From Acinetobacter phage Acba_3: a DNA stretch of 55,181 nucleotides. The position numbers were made by a program, and so were the translations under genes. This document shows positions 45,179 to 54,114 of this stretch, piece by piece. The notes under the pieces were generated by a model. The model ran no database searches. It was not told where the DNA came from and saw only the letters and a program-made list of their open reading frames with translations. Numbering within the stretch: position 1 is the first letter of the stretch; each line of letters opens with the position of its first letter. The stretch lies in sequence record OQ101248.1. One strand, written 5' to 3'.

Positions 45179-45472
45179 CATTTTGTACCAACTACCTAAG
45201 GTTGGCCAAAGCAGCTGCAGTATTTGGCCAACTTCTCGATATTAATTTAAGTTATTGAAAAATAGTAACTAGAGAAAAAATAACATTTATGTTTGATTGG
45301 CATTTTGTATCAAAAAATAGAAGAGTAATTAAAATAGCCTTTTTCTTCTGAGAATAATTTTGCGCAAAAATATCAATATTAAGCAAATATGAGCATAAAT
45401 TTGCGCAATACACTTAACTTACTTGAACGATGGATTGATGTATCATTATTAAAATTACTTTGAATTATTGTT
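45177..45472. promoter_or_regulatory. AT-rich repeat-containing region at the 3' side of int: candidate attP / int regulatory region
   Basis: Direct repeats gacattttgtaccaa (45177-45191) and ggcattttgtatcaa (45299-45313); two palindromic ttggccaa octamers (45202-09, 45224-31) flanking cagctgcag; tttgcgcaa twice (~45359-45367 and ~45399-45407). Confidence 0.35.
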
Positions 45473-45667
45473 ATGTCTTCACAGTTAATCAAAATTCATT
45501 ATCATGCATATTCTCGCGTTGCAGATCTATTAGCAGATCTAGATAAGAAAGGAGAGGTCACTAAAATTTATGACCTCAATGGCAACGAATTAAAAATTAA
45601 TTTCTTGCGTGACGAAGTTTATTATAAAAAAGTCTGGTGGCATTTTCAGAAGAAGCAAGGCGGTTAA
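45473..45667 (+). CDS. Hypothetical protein
   Basis: ORF convergent with int, overlapping its 3' end by 4 nt. Confidence 0.25.
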   Translation: MSSQLIKIHYHAYSRVADLLADLDKKGEVTKIYDLNGNELKINFLRDEVYYKKVWWHFQKKQGG

Positions 45668-46860
45668 ACCGCCCAGCTATCCACAATATTAGCCCAGTCC
45701 TGTAGCATTTTTCGCCTGCTTTCTAAATATTTGGCATGGTTATATGTGGCCCTAGTTTTATTACCATCTGCATGCGCTAATTGTTTTTCAATCCATTTGT
45801 CATCGTAATCCTTTTCATTTAACAAGGTTGATGCAGTGGCACGAAAGTCATGAGCAGTGACATCAGACAAGCCAATGTAATCGAGCATTTTATTCATTGT
45901 AGTAGCGGAGAGCATCCCATCTTGATAGATGGCTGGAAAAACATATTCACGATTACCTACAATGTTGCGCTGTTCTTGAAGAATATTAAAAACTTGGTCA
46001 GACATAGGAACGATATGAATACGTTTCTTTTTCATCATCTCTTTTGGGAATGTAATTGTTCTAGCTTCAAAATCAACATATTCCCATTTCATGCGGCGGA
46101 TCTCGATAGTCCTGAGCATAGAGTAGAGCATTACAAGGCCAGCATTTTTAACTGTAGTAGATCCACCATAGCTATTTAATTTATTTCTAAGTTGCACAGC
46201 CTCATATTTTTCCATGGGTCTGGCATGTTCTATTTCGGGACGTTCTACAACGTTTTTAACGGCATAGGTTGGATCATAGTCGGCTCTAAGTGTGGCGATT
46301 GCATAACGCATTACGCCGCCAATAAAAGTACGATTTTGAATTGCTGACACTTCGCCAGTACCATGGTTTTTTTGACGCTTAACTCGTGTAATCGTCTTTT
46401 TCATAATAGTCAAAACGTCTGCTGAGGTGACTTCTTTAATATCCTTATCACCAATAACTTTTAAAATATCTTTATCTAAGGCGCGTTGAAAAGCTTCTTG
46501 ATACCTTTCTGAACGATTATTTAATTTTTCTGCTTTATATTCTGCAGCAACATGTTTAAAGAGAACCCTATTGTCATACTCATCAGATTTAGCCTTTTTT
46601 TGGTTTTCTTTTTCTTCAACTGGATTTATACCGCTTGCAACTAAAGATTTAGCTTCATCTCTTTTAGTACGGGCTTCAGCTAATCCCACAATAGGGTATT
46701 CACCTAAGCTCATCATTTGTGTTTTTTTGAGCCATTGAAAACGATAGCGCCAATACTTCTTGCCATTAGGTTTTATTTCAACACACAAACCATCGGAATC
46801 ACCAAGCCTATAAAGCTTTTCTTTCGGTTTTGCACTTCTAATTTTTGAGTCACTTAACAT
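45664..46860 (-). CDS. int: Tyrosine integrase (P4-type, DUF4102 N-terminal domain)
   Basis: 398 aa; N-terminal LSDSKIRSAKPKEK...DGLCVEIKPNGKKYWRYRF; catalytic-domain HDFRATAST and HADGNKTRATYNHAKY (R-H-R-Y set). Confidence 0.9.
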   Translation of the reverse strand: MLSDSKIRSAKPKEKLYRLGDSDGLCVEIKPNGKKYWRYRFQWLKKTQMMSLGEYPIVGLAEARTKRDEAKSLVASGINPVEEKENQKKAKSDEYDNRVLFKHVAAEYKAEKLNNRSERYQEAFQRALDKDILKVIGDKDIKEVTSADVLTIMKKTITRVKRQKNHGTGEVSAIQNRTFIGGVMRYAIATLRADYDPTYAVKNVVERPEIEHARPMEKYEAVQLRNKLNSYGGSTTVKNAGLVMLYSMLRTIEIRRMKWEYVDFEARTITFPKEMMKKKRIHIVPMSDQVFNILQEQRNIVGNREYVFPAIYQDGMLSATTMNKMLDYIGLSDVTAHDFRATASTLLNEKDYDDKWIEKQLAHADGNKTRATYNHAKYLESRRKMLQDWANIVDSWAV

Positions 46861-47147
46861 GAAATCTTGAGTATCCGGTTATGATTTTTAGGGTCATACT
46901 CAAAATGATACTCAAGATTGGTGATTTTGCATAGTTTGCTTAGATTTGCCTAGATTTGTAATTTTAATAAATTTCAATAATTTGTGATTTTCAAAATTTT
47001 GCTAGATTTTTTTAGATTTGTTCAATACTTCTTTTCGATCATTAGAAGCATTTTAGATTCAACTCACTAATATATAAAGGGATTTTATTTTGGGGTGATT
47101 TTGATACTCAATTTGGTACTCAATATTGAAAAAGTACCTATCTCATT
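46861..47147. promoter_or_regulatory. int upstream region with two families of short repeats
   Basis: 11-bp inverted repeat tcttgagtatc (46865-75) / gatactcaaga (46908-18); TACTCAA also at 46897-46904, 47103-47111, 47115-47123; TAGATTT(G/T) at 46941, 46951, 47003, 47013. Confidence 0.45.
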
Positions 47148-47178
47148 GTATAAAATAAAGCCACCTCAATAGGTGGCT
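47148..47178 (-). terminator. Rho-independent terminator for the leftward early operon
   Basis: Stem agccacct/aggtggct (47159-47178); on the minus strand it is followed by TTTATTTTAT. Confidence 0.5.
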
Positions 47179-47435
47179 ACTTTACCAGATTCTTTTGTGT
47201 CTGTAACGACAGATTGCACGTAGGACAATAACCAAAAACTTTTTCGCCCATCCTTGTATGGCCTTTGGTATCTGCCTTCACGAATCCGAGCGTCTAGAGT
47301 TTCAGGTTCGATATTGAGCATGTGTGCAAATTCTTCACGACCAACTCGGCGTTCTTCTTTTGACTGAGCAATACGTTCAGCTACAGCAACAATCTTTTCT
47401 AGAATGCTAGCCTCTATTTTAACTATTTGTCCCAT
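47166..47435 (-). CDS. Putative excisionase / AlpA-like DNA-binding protein
   Basis: REEFAHMLNIEPETLDARIREGRYQRPYKDGRKSFW resembles HTH-17/AlpA excisionase pattern; immediately upstream of int on the same strand. Confidence 0.45.
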   Translation of the reverse strand: MGQIVKIEASILEKIVAVAERIAQSKEERRVGREEFAHMLNIEPETLDARIREGRYQRPYKDGRKSFWLLSYVQSVVTDTKESGKVATY

Positions 47436-47918
47436 TCACCCCTCCTTACTTTCCGCTTTCATAAAAGTAATCCAATGTGTGTTGCTGCGCTTTCCGCTTA
47501 TGTGGCCAAACAATGGCTTTTGATCTGTTAGCTCTAAAAGTTCACTAACTTTGATCTGTGTTTCATTCCATTTGAAAATTAAAACACCGCCATTGGTCAA
47601 CACACGGAAGCACTCTGCAAAACCTTTGCGAATATCTTCGCGCCAATCTTCTGACAACTTCCCATACTTGGCAGCTAACCAACTTTGTTTACCAGCTTTC
47701 ACCAGGTGAGGAGGATCAAACACAACTAAAGTGAATTGGCCATCCTTAAAAGGCATGTCGCGAAAGTCCATCATTACATCCGGTTCAATCACTAAAGAAC
47801 GACCATCACATAATGTATGTTCTTCTTTTCTGATATCGCCATACACTACATTTGGATTATTCCGATCAAACCACATCATGCGAGAGCCACAGCATGGATC
47901 TAAAATTTGTGCATTCAT
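47436..47918 (-). CDS. Small DNA methyltransferase-like protein
   Basis: Motif I-like DPCCGSRMMW and motif IV-like VFDPPH. Confidence 0.4.
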   Translation of the reverse strand: MNAQILDPCCGSRMMWFDRNNPNVVYGDIRKEEHTLCDGRSLVIEPDVMMDFRDMPFKDGQFTLVVFDPPHLVKAGKQSWLAAKYGKLSEDWREDIRKGFAECFRVLTNGGVLIFKWNETQIKVSELLELTDQKPLFGHISGKRSNTHWITFMKAESKEG

Positions 47919-48304
47919 CCCTCAGCTCCCGATTCGCTTGCTTCAACCATTGCCTTGTATCCAGTTTTACTAAGCGCTGACATTGGCGCGACTGAATAAC
48001 GTTCATATGCTTGGAACATCTTTTCTGTAGGCACCTTTGGCATTAGCACATAACCCTCTGGCACCGCCTGAGCTTTGGCTTTTTCTAGCTCTGCTCTAAG
48101 TCTGTCAATTTCACATGCTGCATGGTGACAAATAACACGTAATTCATCTTCGTTATATTCATCTGCATGCATCATCATTAAATGACTGATTTCCGTTCCT
48201 TGCTGGCTATCACCATCAAACACCCAAACAGCACCATCATCTTGCTCAAAACGTAGATTAACTTCTCTTTCCTTATTCAAATCTGTCATGCTGCTGCTCC
48301 TCAC
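47915..48304 (-). CDS. Hypothetical protein
   Basis: Coupled ORF. Confidence 0.4.
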   Translation of the reverse strand: MRSSSMTDLNKEREVNLRFEQDDGAVWVFDGDSQQGTEISHLMMMHADEYNEDELRVICHHAACEIDRLRAELEKAKAQAVPEGYVLMPKVPTEKMFQAYERYSVAPMSALSKTGYKAMVEASESGAEG

Positions 48305-49182
48305 GCATTGCCTTGTGTACCAATTAAAGAATGCTTGCGACTACTACAAGCGCTAACGATTTCAGCTTCACAATTAGTGCCTTTGAACTGTGAATAGATG
48401 ATTCCAAGTTCAGCGACATCTGTAGTTGCATTGATACGCTTGATAGCTTCATCAAAAGCTGCTTGAAGCGCTTCTTCTTGACTACGACCATCGTTAAGCC
48501 AAGCAATAAGCTTTTCACCTGTTTCCTTTGTGATTACTTCACCGGCAGGATTAAATAGTTTGGTACGGTCTTTGGTTGGTAAAACAACATGGCTTTCATG
48601 CACTACATCAAGCGCAACTGTTAGTTCATACTCATAGCCATCACGTTGCTCAGCCTTCATACCAAGCTTCATGATTTTCTTGTTTTCACCTTGAACTGTC
48701 TCAGTTTTAGCGCGAGTAGTTGAGATGATGTGCATATCTGTTTGAAGGATTGCATCAATGAATTTACGGTGACGCGGTGTAGTTTCAGACCATGCTGACC
48801 ATGTGTTACCACGGAATTTGTTCGCTGCTGTCTGATCATTAATTTCCAAACATCCACCAGTTCCAATCCATTCATGACTAGCACTATCAATGATAAGAAC
48901 TTCATAGCCCATGTTATGTGCTGCATGGATCGCACCAGCAAAGCGTTCAGGACTATAGGGCGGCTTTAATGGCAATGTGTCAAAGGTAAATTCATTTGCA
49001 TATAAAGATGCAGATTCATTTTCTGTATCAATAACTGCAATCTTTTTGCCAAGACTTGAAGCCAACACAAGGGCAGAGTAGGTTTTACCCGAACCACTGG
49101 CGCCATTAAGATTTAGCTTAAGCTTTGCTTTTTTACGTTCTGCTTTAGTGAAAGAGAACTGTTCTTTACTTTGCATGTTCAT
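48301..49182 (-). CDS. Sak4-like RecA-fold ATPase (AAA_24 family recombination protein)
   Basis: Walker A LNGASGSGKT, Walker B VLIIDSASHEW, size and early-operon context. Confidence 0.55.
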   Translation of the reverse strand: MNMQSKEQFSFTKAERKKAKLKLNLNGASGSGKTYSALVLASSLGKKIAVIDTENESASLYANEFTFDTLPLKPPYSPERFAGAIHAAHNMGYEVLIIDSASHEWIGTGGCLEINDQTAANKFRGNTWSAWSETTPRHRKFIDAILQTDMHIISTTRAKTETVQGENKKIMKLGMKAEQRDGYEYELTVALDVVHESHVVLPTKDRTKLFNPAGEVITKETGEKLIAWLNDGRSQEEALQAAFDEAIKRINATTDVAELGIIYSQFKGTNCEAEIVSACSSRKHSLIGTQGNA

Positions 49183-49184
49183 CT

Positions 49185-49505
49185 TTAATCACCTTTATAT
49201 TTCGAATTTGAATAAATCGGAGACAGTTCACGAGTCGTTTCTTCTTTCTTAACTACGACTTGATTAACTGGTCCGCATTTGTAATTTGGTTCTTTCTCGC
49301 CGATTGGTGTGCAATGCTCTAAAGTTAATGCCCATCTCTTCCAAGACTTTGAAAGTGCATCCCAGTAGAACATCTGGTCTTTATTTGCTTTCAGTTTCCA
49401 ATCGCTGCCACCAAAAGTGCTGTAGTGAGTTGCTTCATCTTCTTCACCAACACAGCAACCAAATTGTTCAAGAAATTCTGCATTGAAGAAAAAGCCCATA
49501 CACAC
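49185..49505 (-). CDS. Hypothetical protein
   Basis: ORF. Confidence 0.35.
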   Translation of the reverse strand: MCMGFFFNAEFLEQFGCCVGEEDEATHYSTFGGSDWKLKANKDQMFYWDALSKSWKRWALTLEHCTPIGEKEPNYKCGPVNQVVVKKEETTRELSPIYSNSKYKGD

Positions 49506-49506
49506 C

Positions 49507-49716
49507 TCACGCTTTAATAGTTGCTAAAAGTTTTGCAGTGTGTTGGCGCTCCATTTCTGCAATCTTGCGTTGCCAGTTGCGGTATTCTTTAGAGTCGATG
49601 TCACCACGTTGGAAAGCATATTCAACTGCACCTGCTAGAAGCTCGGGATGTTTGCTTAAGTCTTTCAAAAGCTTTGATTCAGCAGCATCAAACGAGATAT
49701 TGGCTAACATATTCAT
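49507..49716 (-). CDS. Hypothetical protein
   Basis: ORF. Confidence 0.3.
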   Translation of the reverse strand: MNMLANISFDAAESKLLKDLSKHPELLAGAVEYAFQRGDIDSKEYRNWQRKIAEMERQHTAKLLATIKA

Positions 49717-50501
49717 GAGTTAGTACCTCTCAGCTTGTCTGCAAATGCATTGCGTTCTTCGCGAGTTTTGAACTCGTAAGTGACTGCATACACCAATGAA
49801 TTGTGTTGAGTTTCTTTGTTTGGTTTAGGAAGCTCAGCGTTTACGGTTAGTGTGGTTGGTTTGAGGCGATACTTAAAACCACTTTCCTTAATGCGCTCTT
49901 CATCAATGAAGTTCTTAGCATTAATGTTTGTGATATCTAAGTCTGTCCAATTAGGAAAGTCTTTACTGATCCATTGAACAAGGCGTCCACATGCTATATA
50001 TCGCAACGCCTCCGCACCGCTAATCAAGGCTGGGTCTTGGGTAATTGGTTTTAACTTTGCTAGTGTTTCTGCATTTCCACTTAAGTCAGAAATTACCCAT
50101 TCATTTGCTGATTCAGCATAGAAAAATAAACGGTTATCACTTGTCTGATATAAGTTATAGTGCGTCCCATCACTTACATTCGCATCCTTCACATCATTCC
50201 GATGCAAAACAACAAGGTCTCGAAGCTGAGGAAGGGTGAGTTCTTTAAATACAAGTGGAGAATCAATATGAGTGCCACTTGAATATGCAATTTCACCTTT
50301 CTCTTTAGCTAGAATCCAATGTGCTTTTAGCAAGCAATCTTGTTCATCAAACTTCTTTGGTGTCCATACATAGCCAAGGTCATTAAGGGCCTTGATAATC
50401 TCATTTGTGTGAGTATTAATGATTTTGTAGTTATCCATGAGAGGGCTCCTTGTCTTGCTCACCCTCACTAAGCTCTTTAAGTCCTTTAAGGGTTTGTTCA
50501 A
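49713..50501 (-). CDS. Hypothetical protein
   Basis: 262-aa ORF in recombination module. Confidence 0.4.
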   Translation of the reverse strand: MNKPLKDLKSLVRVSKTRSPLMDNYKIINTHTNEIIKALNDLGYVWTPKKFDEQDCLLKAHWILAKEKGEIAYSSGTHIDSPLVFKELTLPQLRDLVVLHRNDVKDANVSDGTHYNLYQTSDNRLFFYAESANEWVISDLSGNAETLAKLKPITQDPALISGAEALRYIACGRLVQWISKDFPNWTDLDITNINAKNFIDEERIKESGFKYRLKPTTLTVNAELPKPNKETQHNSLVYAVTYEFKTREERNAFADKLRGTNS

Positions 50502-50658
50502 CTAAGTGTGAGAAATCAACTTCATAACTAATTCTTGAACCATCTTCAGATTTAAGCTTCAATGAGATGCTTGGAAGCTCTATGCCTTCATGTTCAACAA
50601 GCATCATTAGGGCTTCAATTACCACAACTGAAACGGTTGCAACTGATTTTGTATCCAT
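50431..50658 (-). CDS. Hypothetical acidic protein
   Basis: ORF. Confidence 0.3.
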   Translation of the reverse strand: MDTKSVATVSVVVIEALMMLVEHEGIELPSISLKLKSEDGSRISYEVDFSHLVEQTLKGLKELSEGEQDKEPSHG

Positions 50659-50843
50659 TAGTTAGCTCCTTCCACTTGCACACGCACATACATGTTCTGT
50701 TTTGCTTTGAGTTCGTTGACGTGTTGCTCGTCGGCACATGAACGAAGAAGACCAACAAACAAGAAGAAAACAATCCAAAACAATAAGAAGCCTGATGTGC
50801 CATCAATGAAAGCCTGCTTGATTGAATATTTATTCTGAATCAT
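50658..50843 (-). CDS. Small membrane protein
   Basis: FLLFWIVFFLFVGLL TM helix; start ATG 50843 (alt 50879); overlaps end of pentapeptide gene. Confidence 0.3.
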   Translation of the reverse strand: MIQNKYSIKQAFIDGTSGFLLFWIVFFLFVGLLRSCADEQHVNELKAKQNMYVRVQVEGAN

Positions 50844-51528
50844 TGCTAGTCTCCTCAACTGGATGAACGTAGCTATCACACATATTCAAAAGCATTGATT
50901 TATGCTGATTCCAGAATTCAAGTGCTTCGCTATCCATGCGTGTGATACGTGCATCGTCAAATGACTTCCAATCTGCAACCGCATGTTCTTGGCAGCCAAT
51001 ACGCATCTTGCCTAAGCCACTGATAATCACATCCCAGCGCAACCCGTAGACAATAAGTGGGGCAGCTTTAGCACAGCTAAGGTTGGCACCGCGAAGGTCG
51101 GCATCGCGAAGGTTGGCACCGCGAAGGTCGGCATCGCGAAGGTTGGCATAGCTAAGGTTGGCATAGCTAAGGTTGGCATCGCGAAGGTTGGCACAGCTAA
51201 GGTTGGCATAGCTAAGGTTGGCATAGCTAAGGTCGGCATCGCGAAGGTCGGCATCGCGAAGGTTGGCATAGCTAAGGTCGGCATCGCGAAGGTTGGCATA
51301 GCTAAGGTCGGCATAGCTAAGGTTGGCATAGCTAAGGTTGGCATAGCTAAGGTCGGCATAGCTAAGGTTGGCATAGCTAAGGTCGGCATCGGCAGCTATC
51401 GCAGCCTCAGCCGCATGACGAGCAATCATTCCTGATCCCATTCCTTCTGGAACATCACAGGTAAAAAGGACTTCTTCTGTCCAGCGATTTTTAATTTCGA
51501 ATTTCTGTGTCATAATCTTCTCACTCAT
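50830..51528 (-). CDS. Pentapeptide-repeat protein (about 22 consecutive A(D/N)L(S/R)(Y/D) pentapeptides)
   Basis: Classic pentapeptide repeat with central Leu, flanked by ~30-aa N-terminal and ~75-aa C-terminal non-repeat regions; start ATG 51528 preferred, 51618 possible. Confidence 0.75.
   Translation of the reverse strand: MSEKIMTQKFEIKNRWTEEVLFTCDVPEGMGSGMIARHAAEAAIAADADLSYANLSYADLSYANLSYANLSYADLSYANLRDADLSYANLRDADLRDADLSYANLSYANLSCANLRDANLSYANLSYANLRDADLRGANLRDADLRGANLSCAKAAPLIVYGLRWDVIISGLGKMRIGCQEHAVADWKSFDDARITRMDSEALEFWNQHKSMLLNMCDSYVHPVEETSNDSE
51063..51392. repeat. About 22 near-perfect tandem 15-bp repeats (ggcatagctaaggtt / ggcatcgcgaaggtc variants) encoding the pentapeptide array
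   Basis: Visible as ladder of gcatagctaaggttg / gcatcgcgaaggtcg units; alternate-frame ORF MPTLAMPTLA... is an artefact of the same repeat. Confidence 0.9.
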
Positions 51529-51536
51529 TGAGTAAA

Positions 51537-51569
51537 AGTCCCGTCGGTCAGATGTCTGGGACTTTTTTG
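51537..51569 (+). terminator. Plus-strand terminator-like hairpin antisense to the 5' end of the pentapeptide gene
   Basis: agtccc...gggact stem followed by T6 on the + strand; only TTTTAC follows on the - strand. Confidence 0.35.
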
Positions 51570-51664
51570 TTATCTGGTGAGATTTATTAAACCAAAGGTA
51601 TAAAATAAAAGCAAGCATAAATTAAACCATAGGTGAAAATAATTTATGATTAGGTTTAAATATG

Positions 51665-51692
51665 CTTTAATAGACAAAAGAAAACCCACCGT
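51665..51692 (-). terminator. Rho-independent terminator after the restriction-modification gene
   Basis: cccacc-gtggt-ggtggg preceded on + strand by aaaagaaaa (T-run on minus strand). Confidence 0.55.
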
Positions 51693-51714
51693 GGTGGTGG
51701 GTTCGAAGGGGGGA

Positions 51715-53982
51715 TTAGTTGTAATTTTGAGGAAGTTCCCATAATGCTTCTGTCTTTAGACGCAATTTTTTTTGATTTTCCTTGAGACTATTCTCAATTT
51801 CCTTTATTATTTTATGTTGTTTTACTATTTGATCTTTAACCTCTTCAGGAGGATTCGGGATCTCAATATTCAAAAACATTTCATCAGGAATACTGCGTCG
51901 TCTCTCTACACTGCCTTGCATTTTACTTTTGTATATTTTTCTTAGAGAATTAGATCTCAAAATCAAATCCAAATATTCTACATTAACTTCTCGTTTTAAT
52001 CTAAAGATTTTGTATGCTGGGCTTACGGCAGCAGCATCGTAATATTTTTGAAATCCTAGAACACCTTCATCTATAGGGAACCCCATTACAAGTTCATTTT
52101 TAAAAACCTTTTTATACCCAGAAATATCAGAACTTGCGACTCGTTTTTTAAATTTCTCATGCTGATCAATTAAGCCATGTTCCATAGTGATACTCATAAT
52201 AGGCATATTTGTATCCTCTCCCACTTTGACTTTGCCAGACAAGGATAGGAGTTCTTTTAGTTTTATAGTTGGGAATTTTGATTTTATATGTGAATTACTA
52301 TAGTGAGCATAATTATAAATATAATCATTGCTTCTGATTAATTCTGGATTAACTTTTAAGAAACCTAATTCATTATAATATTTATCAAAGTCGCTCTTAT
52401 TTAAATCAGCAAAATCTAAATTTTTTAAATCATTTTCGTCAATTTTTCTACGGAAAGAATCTAAACTTAGGCCATCATTTGTCACATTGTAGTAAAAAAC
52501 GTCAGAATTTGTTCTACCATTATGACAGTTGGTAAAGTAGAGTATATTGGTTTTAACTTTTGCATATGGCAGAAAAACTTCTTTTGGAAGTGAAACTACT
52601 GCTTTTAGTTGGGCGTTTTCAAATAAATACTTCCTTACTGGAGCTAAAGCGGCTTTAAAAAGAAAGCCTTCAGGTACTACTAATGCCATTCGCCCTCCTT
52701 TTTTTGTTGCTTTAAAGCAATGTAGAACACATACTCCATCACCATCGTTTTTAGCTAACTTATTCTCATATAAGTGAGAATAAGAAGTTTTTTGAGAAAA
52801 TGGCATGTTGGTTATAACCACATCATATTCAGATTCAATAGGGTTTTGAAGTGTGTCTATCTGGCAAATTCCACTATGCCCATCCCCATGCAGAATCATA
52901 TTCATTTTTGCGAGTTTTGCATTTGAGGTAATTTCTCTTCCAAAAATAGTATTATGTTTAAGCTTGATTTCTTCACTACTATTGTTTGCAATTAAAGTGT
53001 TATCTTTTATATGATCAAATGCCTCTGTTAAAAAACCACCTGTCCCACAAAAAGGGTCATAGATCTTTTCACCATATTTAGGGTTGACTAAGTTAACAAT
53101 GGTTTTAGTTATGTGACGTGGAGTAAAATATTCTCCTAAGTCATTATTAGTTGCTGTAGCTTGCTGTAAGAAATACTCAAAAGCATCTCCTTTAATATCG
53201 GTATCTATTGATGAGAGTTTTAACTTATCCAACTCTTTGATCATCTCTTTAACAGCAACAGGGTTGGTTAGCTGTAAATTTGTAAAAACAGAAGCACCAT
53301 ATTGTCTATCAATATCTTGTAGTATGTTATTAGTTGTATTAATTAGCAAATCATTATCGAGACTTTTGAGAGAATTCCAAATACCTGTATTAGCATTCTC
53401 TGTATACAATTTTAAAAAAAGAATGTTTGCAAATTCTGAAAGCCTTTCTATACCAGCTCTTAAACCTTCACCTCTTAGTGAGTTATTTAACTTCTTGAAA
53501 ACATTAATTAACTCTTTGCGAGAGACTAAAATTTCTTTAGGTGTAATATAAATACCATTTGTTTCCTGCAATATGAACTCTTTAGCTTCATTTACTCTTA
53601 TTAATTCATTAACCTCATTTTCATCAATAAATAATGGTTTTTGGGTATACAAATGCCGTGTTTCGCAGAAACCATTATTCATTGCAAATATCAAAGGTGC
53701 ATCAAGCATTTCAGCATATTCGGTTGCCTGATCCAGTGCTTTTGTTAAGCTTTTTCCACCTGATTTCGTTTCAATTACACCGATTGGCCGCTTATTTTGT
53801 GAATCGAAAAGAACATAATCGGGTCTTTTTTTACTTTTCTTGAGAAACTCATTATTAACAATTCTTAAGATATCTGATTCAAAAAAGACATTTTTGTTTG
53901 GATCTTGAATGTCCAAGATCCAGCCCTTGTTAATCAAATTATTGTTAACAATAAAACGTGTATCTTGCTCAATATTAGACAT
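51715..53982 (-). CDS. Single-polypeptide restriction-modification enzyme of Type IIG architecture: PD-ExK nuclease + gamma-class N6-adenine MTase + one HsdS-like TRD
   Basis: N-terminal PDYVLF...IGVIETK (PD...ExK, HsdR_N-like); HsdM_N-like LRGEGLRAGIERLSEFANILFLKLY; MTase motif X GEYFTPRHI, motif I YDPFCGTGGFL, motif IV TNMPF; C-terminal HsdS-type recognition domain ending IPNPPEEVKDQIVK; markedly lower GC than neighbours; ATG 53982 (TTG 53997 alternative). Confidence 0.7.
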   Translation of the reverse strand: MSNIEQDTRFIVNNNLINKGWILDIQDPNKNVFFESDILRIVNNEFLKKSKKRPDYVLFDSQNKRPIGVIETKSGGKSLTKALDQATEYAEMLDAPLIFAMNNGFCETRHLYTQKPLFIDENEVNELIRVNEAKEFILQETNGIYITPKEILVSRKELINVFKKLNNSLRGEGLRAGIERLSEFANILFLKLYTENANTGIWNSLKSLDNDLLINTTNNILQDIDRQYGASVFTNLQLTNPVAVKEMIKELDKLKLSSIDTDIKGDAFEYFLQQATATNNDLGEYFTPRHITKTIVNLVNPKYGEKIYDPFCGTGGFLTEAFDHIKDNTLIANNSSEEIKLKHNTIFGREITSNAKLAKMNMILHGDGHSGICQIDTLQNPIESEYDVVITNMPFSQKTSYSHLYENKLAKNDGDGVCVLHCFKATKKGGRMALVVPEGFLFKAALAPVRKYLFENAQLKAVVSLPKEVFLPYAKVKTNILYFTNCHNGRTNSDVFYYNVTNDGLSLDSFRRKIDENDLKNLDFADLNKSDFDKYYNELGFLKVNPELIRSNDYIYNYAHYSNSHIKSKFPTIKLKELLSLSGKVKVGEDTNMPIMSITMEHGLIDQHEKFKKRVASSDISGYKKVFKNELVMGFPIDEGVLGFQKYYDAAAVSPAYKIFRLKREVNVEYLDLILRSNSLRKIYKSKMQGSVERRRSIPDEMFLNIEIPNPPEEVKDQIVKQHKIIKEIENSLKENQKKLRLKTEALWELPQNYN

Positions 53983-54114
53983 ATTGCATAATCCCAATAT
54001 CTACTATAAAAACTATTGGCAATCTACACATTACACACTAAAACATCAATAAATATTACTATCTAATAAGTGATATACCCCACATTTAAAAGACTGTGTC
54101 GGGTTCACAGTTTA

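Noticed and set aside
45181-47160. tRNA or tmRNA gene near the integrase
   Set aside because: No cloverleaf-compatible GC-rich 70-90 nt segment, and no TTCGAATC-like T-loop, was seen by eye in the int-flanking AT-rich regions. Cannot be excluded without a tRNA scan.
51027-51389. Minus-strand ORF MPTLAMPTLAMPTLA... (120 aa)
   Set aside because: It is an alternate reading frame through the same 15-bp tandem repeats as the pentapeptide-repeat gene. The longer frame with non-repeat N- and C-terminal domains is the real gene.
51063-51392. Possible CRISPR array because of regular short direct repeats
   Set aside because: Units are 15 bp, contiguous with no spacers, and in-frame coding (pentapeptide repeats); not a CRISPR.
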